NCBI GenBank assembly: GCA_951406725.2
Contig: OX597815.1
Location: 12,028,001 to 12,092,000, forward strand
Length of the DNA stretch: 64,000 bases
From: Octopus vulgaris
Taxonomy: Eukaryota
Direction of reading: 5' to 3'
The notes beneath the pieces were generated by a model that ran no database searches, was not told the DNA's origin, and saw nothing but the letters and a program-made list of their open reading frames with translations. Below are positions 55,046 through 64,000 of this stretch, piece by piece. The position numbers and the translations under genes are program-made. Every line of letters begins with the position of its first letter. Position 1 is the stretch's first letter.

Positions 55046-55576
55046 CATTAAATATATAGTGCGTAGATCTATAATGTTTGAAAACTTGAGAATATATTTG
55101 AGACATATTTTTTCTTACTACGTGCAATAATAGATCAACAAAGCTTACTTGAGTTAGATATCCACTAATATCAGAAGACTATAAAACAAAAAGCCAAAAA
55201 TGAATGAAACAAAATCTGCAGTCAAAACGATATTATTTATGACGACTACATATTTCTTCGTTTTGTATTGTCCAGTTATAATAACTTGCAGTAACTAAAA
55301 GGATGAATATTCGTACAACACGCATTATCAGACTTCAATATTCTGTGTGTCATTTTGTAGAATACACAAAAATTCATGAATCGTCATTTGCATATTTTAC
55401 TAAAAAAATAATGAATGATTTATAAAAACATAATATGTAATATAAAATACATAATTGAAATTTTCTTGTTATTTGCGCGAGGAGGCTAAAAATTACAAAA
55501 AATAATACTCATAAGTATAATAAATATATATATGTACGTGTCTGTGTATGTATGTGTGCGTTTGTGTGTATGTATG

Positions 55577-55634
<58 letters not shown>

Positions 55635-55848
55635 TGTGTGTGTATGTATGTATGTATTTATATACATATGTGTATATGCAAGAATATGCCTGCAGACATG
55701 CATGCACAGCCACGTGCATATACATGATACTACTACTACTACTACTACTACTACTAGCAATAATAACAATAAATTGTATAAAAGTGTGTACCTATATATA
55801 TACATATGTAGATAGATAGATGTTATGTATATGTATGTGTTTGTATGC

Positions 55849-55893
<45 letters not shown>

Positions 55894-55933
55894 CACATAC
55901 ACACATATATATATATACATATATGAAACGTGT

Positions 55934-55965
<32 letters not shown>

Positions 55966-56415
55966 TTTGTGTGTGCATAATATCGCCAAGAGATACCATT
56001 TTGAATAGCTTTCAACTGAAAATTATTAAACTTCTTTATTGCCTTCGGTAAATAGAAAATATTAATATTTCAAAATAAATATATACTTGGAGACTTTAGT
56101 CACATCAACAATACTGAAACCTATTTTCCATAGAAAGGCACACAAAGTAGAAAGTAGACACGTAAATATATATATACATATATCAGCGTTTAAACTTTAG
56201 ACTGAGAAAAGATCGGTGTATATAATTTAGAGGGGAGGGAATTAAATAGTTTTTTCAATACCATTACCACAATGGTACCTAAGTTTATCGATCCTGGCGA
56301 CGTGAACGGTAAAAGCGACCATGATCACATTCGTACTGGGAACATTCAAAAAATACAAATAACTTTATTCGATCATGATGCTGCCACATATTGATAAATA
56401 TTTGCGAGTATATTA

Positions 56416-56827
56416 GGCGCAGGAGTGGCTGTGTGGTAAGTAGCTTGTTTACCAACCACATGGTTCCGGGTTCAGTCTCACTGCGTGGCACCTTGGGCAA
56501 GTGTCTTCTACTATAGCCTCGGGCCGACCAATGCCTTGTGAGTGGATTTGGTAGACGGAAACTGAAAGAAGCCCGTCGTATATGTGTATATATATGTAGG
56601 TGTGTGTGTGTATGTTTGTGTGTCTGTGTTTGTCCCCCTAGCATTGCTTGACAACCGATGCTGGTGTGTTTATGTCCCCCTCACTTAGCGGTTCGGCAAA
56701 ATAGACCGATAGAATAAGTACTGGGCTTACAAAAGAATAAGTTCCGGGGTCGAGTTGCTCGATTAAAGGCGGTGCTCCAGCATGGCCGCAGTCAAATGAC
56801 TGAAGCAAGTAAAAGTGAGTAAAAGAG
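56416..56827 (+). mobile_element. SINE family A, full length
   Basis: A-box tggctgtgtgg, B-box gggttcagtct, an internal (TA/TG) tract and tail ggcggtgctccagcatggccgcagtcaaatgactgaa. Confidence 0.93.
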
Positions 56828-57215
56828 ATATTGACCAAACAGAGAAATAAAAAGATAAAAACATTACCTATTAATTGAATTCTGCGATGTAGTTTGTTCA
56901 TCCTCATTCATTTAATTCTTTTCTACCTAATGATTTACTAGTAATTAAAAACACGCATACATACAATCGTGTGATTCTCAGCACGCGCACATAAACATTA
57001 AAAGATAATACCCAAAATTAAATGTTGTATGTTACCCCTCTCTAGGTTTCAGCAGTAGCAGGCAATTCAAGTTTAAGCGACCGCGAATTCTTCATCCAGT
57101 TCAGGTAATTACGGGGAAGAATTATTGTGACACCCTACGAGATAGCACTGGAGATCTCGCCTACAATTATAGTTTAACTAGCAGGCTTCTACGAAGTTTA
57201 CGCTCACTTATATAT

Positions 57216-57360
57216 GTTAGTTAGTTAATTTTTTTGCTCAAAAAGCAAAAAGCAAGGCCATGTAGGGGGACATGGAGTTATGTACAGGGTAGTGTTCATG
57301 TAAAGAGTTCAGGCCACTTGAGGTCAAGGGAGACTTTGAACAGAGCGGTCGTTGGCATGC
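57216..57360 (-). mobile_element. Short 3' end of a CR1-like LINE with (TAAC)n tail
   Basis: Minus strand reads MPTTALFKVSLDLKWPELFT*, then a short UTR and taactaactaac. The FKxxLDxxW ending is typical of CR1 ORF2. Confidence 0.55.
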
Positions 57361-58919
57361 GAAGAAACATTTGTCGTAGATGGAATAGGATGTGGTCGTA
57401 TGTAATATAAAAAGGATTTATTTTCTAATGCATTCGACCATGCCTGCCTAGACACACTAGCGCGCACGCACAGCCAAGCAACCATCTTTATGTACACATG
57501 CGTACCTATATCCATAGCAATGCGCAAGTAGGCAAGAAGGTGGTAAACATTTAATAGCTGTCTTACAACCGCGATGTGGAAATACTCGTTACAATGAACG
57601 CGATGTGATGAAAGAGCAAGTGAGATAGACGGACCTCTACTTCTTGTTTGAACATCTTTGTCGGGGATGTAAGACTTAAAAATTTCAACAATTAATTTTT
57701 GTAAGTTAGCTGAGGTGGAAAAGGTTAATAGAAGGAAAGCGAAACAAAACACTGCTTGATGCTCGTAGCTATAATTTATATATTTTCATCTAATTAGGAC
57801 ATGGTAGCTGCTACCCAGAATGGTATTTCCGGTGAACAAGTGTCTGTCATTCTATTATCTAGAGTTATAGTAAATTATACAGACTATATAGCACAACCAC
57901 TCCGTATCTATTCGACTAAACCCTTCAAGGTGGACCCTCAGGATTGCCAGTCTTATAGCTGGAACATATAACAGAATAAAAGGTTACGCATATAAATATA
58001 TGTAGACACATATCCATACATACACAGACACATGCACTCACACATATATATACACACATATACATATATGTATGTATGGTGTGTGTAACCATAAATATAC
58101 TATAGCTGGTTATAATATACAAACATCCATATGACTCATATTTACTTTGCACGAACATAATTTCATAACCTTCAACGTATACGGTGCACTAAATATTATG
58201 TTTTCATAGTAGGTTCTTCTTCCTTGCTGGTAGCAACATATGTAGTATCTATCAACTGTATAATCGGTGTAACATTTTGTTTTTGAATTGATACAATTTT
58301 TTTTTTCTGTCGTTTGAAATATATATATAAACCAACTAATCAACCAACCAACCAACCAAACAAACAAGGAATTGATTATTGCATTCATTCTATTTCATTG
58401 CTGGAATTCATAATTTATGATTTTCTTTCCTTTCTTATCTGTAGCTCTAGATTTTTATCACACAGCTATGAATTATTAACCACAAAATAGTTTTTATTTT
58501 ATTTATATCTCGTGAACTAGTTACATTATCGACTTCAAAAGACGTAAAAGATGTTGGTTGCGACATTCATGGGTTTTTCCCAACGGACTTATTAAATTAA
58601 GTGAAATACTAGCTTTGCGAAGTTTTACATAAGCATCTATTTTTTTTATAGTACCAGTAGAATTTGTTATATAATCTTATACTATAATGATTTGTGTTGG
58701 AAGTAAAAATTATGAGGTTTATTCAACAATTTCTGCGTCTCGATGTTTTGATTTTCCCACAGGATTTGTATTTTATCTGTTGCTTCAAAACATTTTAAAA
58801 TCCATACCTGCTTTATGTTTAGTACCTACTAAAGAAGTCCTATGATCATACGCATTTTAATCTAAACTATGCGGCTTTTCAGACATGTTGGGCATGAAAC
58901 TATATATTTCCTAATGTTG

Positions 58920-59129
58920 TTTTCTAATCTAGGCACAAGGCCAGAAATGTTTGGGGAGAGGGGCCAGTCAATTAGATCGACCCTAATACGCAAATGGTAC
59001 TTAATTTGTCGATTCCGAAAGGTTGAAAGGCTAATTTGACCTCAGCGGAATTTGAACTCAGAACGTAAAGACAGACGAAATACCACTAAGCATTTCGCCA
59101 GGCATGCTAAAGGCTCTGGCAGCTCGCCA
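58920..59129 (-). mobile_element. SINE family B variant (different 3' tail)
   Basis: Same head and core as 59250-59480, but the tail resembles 5612-5660. Confidence 0.85.
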
Positions 59130-59249
59130 CGTTTTCCCATAATTCCTTATATTATTCTTAAAGAACTTTGAACGTGATAAGAGATACTTCTTTATTGTTT
59201 TTTTTAGCAGATTAATCAGCAACGTAAACTTTCCCGCATAGATGCCTAT

Positions 59250-59480
59250 TTCTTTACTACCCACAAGGGGCTAAACACATAGAGGACAAACAAGGACAGA
59301 CAAACGGATTAAGTCGATTATATCGACCCCAGTGCGTATCTGGTACTTAATCTATCGACTCCGAAAGGATGGAAGGCAAAGTCGACCTCGGCGGAATTTG
59401 AACTCAGAACATAGTGACAGACGAAATACTGCTAAGTATTTCGCCCGGCGTGCTAACGTTTCTGCCAGCTCGCCGCCTTC
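59250..59480 (-). mobile_element. SINE family B, full length with 19 bp TSD
   Basis: TSD ttcccgcatagatgcctat at 59231-59249 and 59481-59499. Confidence 0.95.
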
Positions 59481-59679
59481 TTCCCGCATAGATGCCTATG
59501 TTAGCCAACAGTAAAGCTTGGTTCATTCGCGTTCAAAATACACAAAAGAAATGATATAGTCATCAAAGAAATATAACTAATATCTATATATCTGTATATG
59601 CAACCAAAGTACTGCTAGCCTTCTCCTTGTTACTATTATGTACAGGCAATATATGTGGAATTAGGATACGGCTCCTCAA

Positions 59680-59945
59680 CATACTTCCAGGAAAATGCCA
59701 AAAGGGATTGTCGGAGAATTCCTAGGACATCATCAGAACCAATTTCTGACCTCCTAATCCCTTCGATAGTAATGCATGGGTTGGGAAAGACACCAACCGC
59801 TCGGCTTTGAACACTATTTCTGTGGTGGACTTCAAAATCAAGGAGGTATCCGAAGAGCTTCCCAGGAGCAGTGAAGAACCTATGTGTCAGGTTCCGGAGC
59901 CATTTTGAGCCCTGGTGAAAATTGACGGCGGCTGTTTTGAGTAAA
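59680..59945 (+). mobile_element. C-terminal remnant of a Tc1/mariner-type transposase
   Basis: NPFDSNAWVG...CVRFRSHFE..VKIDGGCFE*, parallel to the end of the 20640-21510 element. Confidence 0.5.
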
Positions 59946-60962
59946 TGCTATCACCCAGACATAAGTTAACTGATATTTGCTTTCTTTTTATTTAAAATGC
60001 ATTCGTATATGTGGGGGAAACTATGTTTTCCTTTGAAACAATCTGTCAAATTTAACCTGAACACACACAGAGGCAAACATACATACATACATACATACAT
60101 ACATACATACATACATACATACATACATACATACATACATACATACATACATGCTAGGGTCAAGAACTGCTAGAGATATTGATGTAACCCACAATTTCCT
60201 AGTGGATGACCTCAACATTTATGCTAAAAATGTTATCAATTCCATAAATCAGCTGCCTATTTGATCATATTTAATCGCTGAACTGGGAAAATCAATACTT
60301 CAGACACAATACCTGTGCATCAATATTCCTAATATCCCCGCTGGCCGACACAAACAATGGAAAACCTACCTAGGCATTGATGAAAACATATCACATGAAG
60401 TTACTAAGAATACATAAAGAATAACCCGAGAAAAAGTCTGCTGGAACTCTCCCTTCACAAGAAGACAATATCCTGAAATGCATTTGCAATACCAGTCCTG
60501 CTTCCAATATTTGGGATACTTGACTGTCCAGCGGAGAAAATCCACTCATAGACGTTAAAGCTCATAAGAGACTTATATCAACTGGAAATCTCAAAAAAAA
60601 ATAAAATGGTGGTATTAGCAGCTTCTACATAAAATGAAATGAAGAAAGTAGAGGCTTGAAATCCATACAGATAGCCTTCGAATGTATATAGTCTCTCTGA
60701 AGCAGCACTTGCGAAATAGACAGCAACTGCAGCTAAAATAAATACATTAGTTTGGTGCTGCAAAATCTCGCATTCTCGAAACTACCAGGCTAACATACCT
60801 GAAGTAGTACCTGGATGTGAAACGCCCAACATAATTTTAAAAAAAAAGACTATCAATGGTTGTTTCACGACGATTTGAAGAAGACTAGGATCGACAGGAA
60901 TCACAGTCTCTTCAGCATTAGTGATCTCTACATCACACTTTGATGGTTATGCATTTGCAATC

Positions 60963-61261
60963 GGTGGAGGCACATGACCCAGTTGTTAGAGCAGCGGACT
61001 TGCGGTCGAGGGATTGCGGGTTCGAATCTCAGACCGGGTGATGTGTGTGTTTATGAGCGAAACACCTAAACTCCACGCGGCTCCGGCAGAAGGTAATGGC
61101 AAACTTCTGCTGCCTCTTTCACCACAAACTTTCTCTCCCTTTTTCCTCCTGCAGCTCACCTGCAAAGTACCAGCGTTCCGTCCAGGTAGGGAGCCTATAC
61201 GCCAAGGAATCCGGGAAACCGGCCTTATGAGCCAGGCATGGTTTGAGAAGGAATAAAAAAA
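60963..61261 (+). mobile_element. tRNA-derived SINE (head D + distinct tail) with 11 bp TSD
   Basis: B-box gggttcgaatc. TSD catttgcaatc at 60952-60962 and 61262-61272. Confidence 0.9.
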
Positions 61262-61583
61262 CATTTGCAATCTAGTATGTAATAGGCAAGACAGAATGAA
61301 GATCTTGGAGCTCCAAGTTGCACACAAAAGGTTGATTATGTCATATTCCTGCGGAAGGCATCATAATATGTCCTCAATATATTACCTGCCTATGTGACAT
61401 GACGTAGTCGCAAAAACAGAGTACAATGCCATTTGAAGAACAGAATATCCTGGAACCCCATTGCTGTTGAATACATACAAAACATTAATACCAAATATAC
61501 TGGTGCAAAATTCCTATCCAGTCATGTGTGAAGTCTAAAAATATCAGGACCGATATTCTTATTTGGGATCAGAAATAAGTACC

Positions 61584-61773
61584 TATTTCTTTACTATCCA
61601 GACGGGGCTAAACACAGAGAGGACAAACAAGGACAAACAAGCGGATGAAGTCGATTATATCGACCCTAGTACGTAACTGGTACTTAATTTATCAACCCCG
61701 AAAGGATGTAAAATAAAGTCGACCTCGGCGGAATTTGAACTCAGAACGTAACGGCAGACGAAATACCGCTAAA
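61584..61773 (-). mobile_element. SINE family B, 5'-truncated, with 14 bp TSD
   Basis: TSD cagaaataagtacc at 61570-61583 and 61774-61787. Confidence 0.93.
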
Positions 61774-62234
61774 CAGAAATAAGTACCGTCATAGAGGTTT
61801 ACAGTAATGATGTGAATATTTGTTTGAAAATCAAAGAGAAAGAAGACAACTGCGGACAGCTGCTTCGAAACCTCCAATTTCTGTATCCAGATAATAAATT
61901 CACATTCATACCAATAATAATTGGTGCACTTGTTTTTGTGAGTAACTATCAAAATACCAATCTAGATAAGCTATGATTTCTAGAAATAGAAATCAGCCAA
62001 GGAACTCACATATTACAAATACAAACTCGAAGTAGAACAGTAAATATATGCATGGCTTTTCTTAAAATTAAAACGTGATATTACTGTTGCTACCTACATT
62101 CCAAAGATGAAGCTTTGTATTTTTGTTAGAAACAAGCTCCTTCTTTACTGCAAGAATTTAGATAGTTTAAAATGGAAAAAAAAACTAACATACACACAGA
62201 GAAACACGCACGCACGCACAGACACACACACATG

Positions 62235-62265
<31 letters not shown>

Positions 62266-62350
62266 GCATCAAGAATGAGAGTGATACATGCAAACATACA
62301 AATATATTAATGTGTATATGTGTATGCCTGTGTGTATATATATATATATG

Positions 62351-62791
62351 TGTGTGTATGCATCTTTGTACATACATATATACACATAAATATACATATG
62401 TCTGTGTATAATCACATACGTATACATATATCCATCTATAAGGGCACACACACACACACACACACACGCATATATTATGTACGTTTATACACGTCTATAT
62501 TTACATAAGTGCGTAAAATTGTATGTGAATGCCTATATATGCGTGCGTGTGTTTGTGTGTGCTTGTGTGTGTATGTGTGTGTGTGTATGCATCTTTGTAC
62601 ATACATATATACACATAAATATACATATGTCTGTGTATAATCACATACGTGTACATATATCCATCTATAAGGGCACACACACACGCATATATTATGTACG
62701 TTTATACACGTCTATATTTACATAAGTGCGTAAAATTGTATGTGAATGCCTATATATGCGTGCGTGTGTTTGTGTGTGCTTGTGTGTGTAT
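62351..62791. repeat. Tandem duplication of a ~230 bp unit
   Basis: 62351-62574 and 62581-62791 are near identical and differ mainly in (CA)n length. Confidence 0.92.
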
Positions 62792-63525
62792 TTGTGTGCT
62801 TGTGTGTGTGAGTGTATGTGATACTTTAAATATTATTTTAATTGAATTTCAACATAGTTTCAGGCGAATAAATATAATGGAAAAAAGAAATGCTTTCTGT
62901 TTATCTTCCTACAGTAAACTTCCCATCGAATTTCCCTCGAATTCTGACATTAAGTTTCTACTTGCTTTTATTAGACCAACTTTATATTTATTAACGTTAA
63001 ATGTTGATCTGTCTCGAATGAGAGACAACAGCGAGTAGGTACATTTACGGATTTCCGTCTCACATACTTATCTGTACATCATGATACCGAAATAGATGAA
63101 ATGATGGGTGAAAGCTAACGTTAAGTTGAGGACTGACCGTAAATTTTACAACAGACTGCATTCTATTACGACTCAGTCTGAGATATAGGAATGGATTATG
63201 TCTACCATTAAAGCGAGCATTAGAAACGGCCCGAGTTCTATACATATCCATTTGTGCTTTCTTATAATATCATACCGTGTAATTAAAAGGAAGATTCTTC
63301 AGGAGAATGAAAGTATACACGCTGATACACAGTAAGAAATTTACTAGGATGCAATCTATAAAGAAATAATCTCTTAGAAGGAAGGATGTATTTCGTGCAA
63401 ATAGCCAAGGCAGCTGCTTTGGAAGAAAAAAGTACAAATCTGGAGTAAGTCAGATGATCGGTCTCTTACGTAGCACAAATTTTCTTTACAAATTATGTGG
63501 TTCATACTAACCCGGTTCAAATGTA

Positions 63526-63563
<38 letters not shown>

Positions 63564-64000
63564 ACTAATGTAGGATAATTTTTTTCGAAAAAACATTTTA
63601 TCAATGGCCAGCAGATCAAAAAATACCTTTAAAGGTTAAACTTATAAATAACTTACAAAATAAGGGCAAAGGAAAAATTCTAATGCCAAATATGCCGAAA
63701 AAAAGACAAAATTTTGTCGTTATATATATACATATATACATACATATATATATAACAGTACGACAGAAAGCTTGAGGATGGCGAATTGCAGGGGTATTAG
63801 CGAAATATCTTCACGCAATACAACACAGACATTTAAACTGATGGGGTTTGTCTCTTGATGTGGGCAGTACTCTTTTGGATTTCTCTGAGACATTGTTCTC
63901 CTGGGATGTTATCAAAATGTTTCTGGCATCCCTTTCTTATCATACCTAAGGCACCCCTTTAAATTCTCCCTTTAAGCTCTCCCTTTAAATTGCTACGTCT

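Larger units (their letters stand above)
60155..62080 (+). mobile_element. Old R4-like (RLE) LINE interrupted by two SINEs
   Basis: [69 protein letters not shown]. Confidence 0.78.

Overview
AT-rich eukaryotic DNA, intergenic or deep-intronic, saturated with microsatellites ((TA)n, (CA)n, (TATG)n, (TATC)n, (AAT)n, (GA)n) and transposon debris. The microsatellite density and SINE families suggest an octopus (cephalopod) genome; this is my inference. I find no credible host protein-coding exon. Nearly all supplied ORFs are microsatellite translations or broken transposon frames. Recognisable elements include several tRNA-derived SINE families (some with clean 11-19 bp target-site duplications, TSDs), remnants of RTE, CR1/L2-like and R4/Dong-like LINEs, Tc1/mariner and Helitron remnants, and a Penelope-like (PLE) reverse transcriptase fragment. 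The most interesting signal is about ten minimal type-I hammerhead-ribozyme (HHR)-like motifs in unrelated short elements, many beside (TA)n tracts and several folded into long palindromes. They include non-canonical cores (U4C, G3-C8, and a recurrent U3-A8 + A13C form) and one element joining a Pol III tRNA-like head to a hammerhead. All alignments and folds were done by eye, and coordinates of degenerate elements are approximate.
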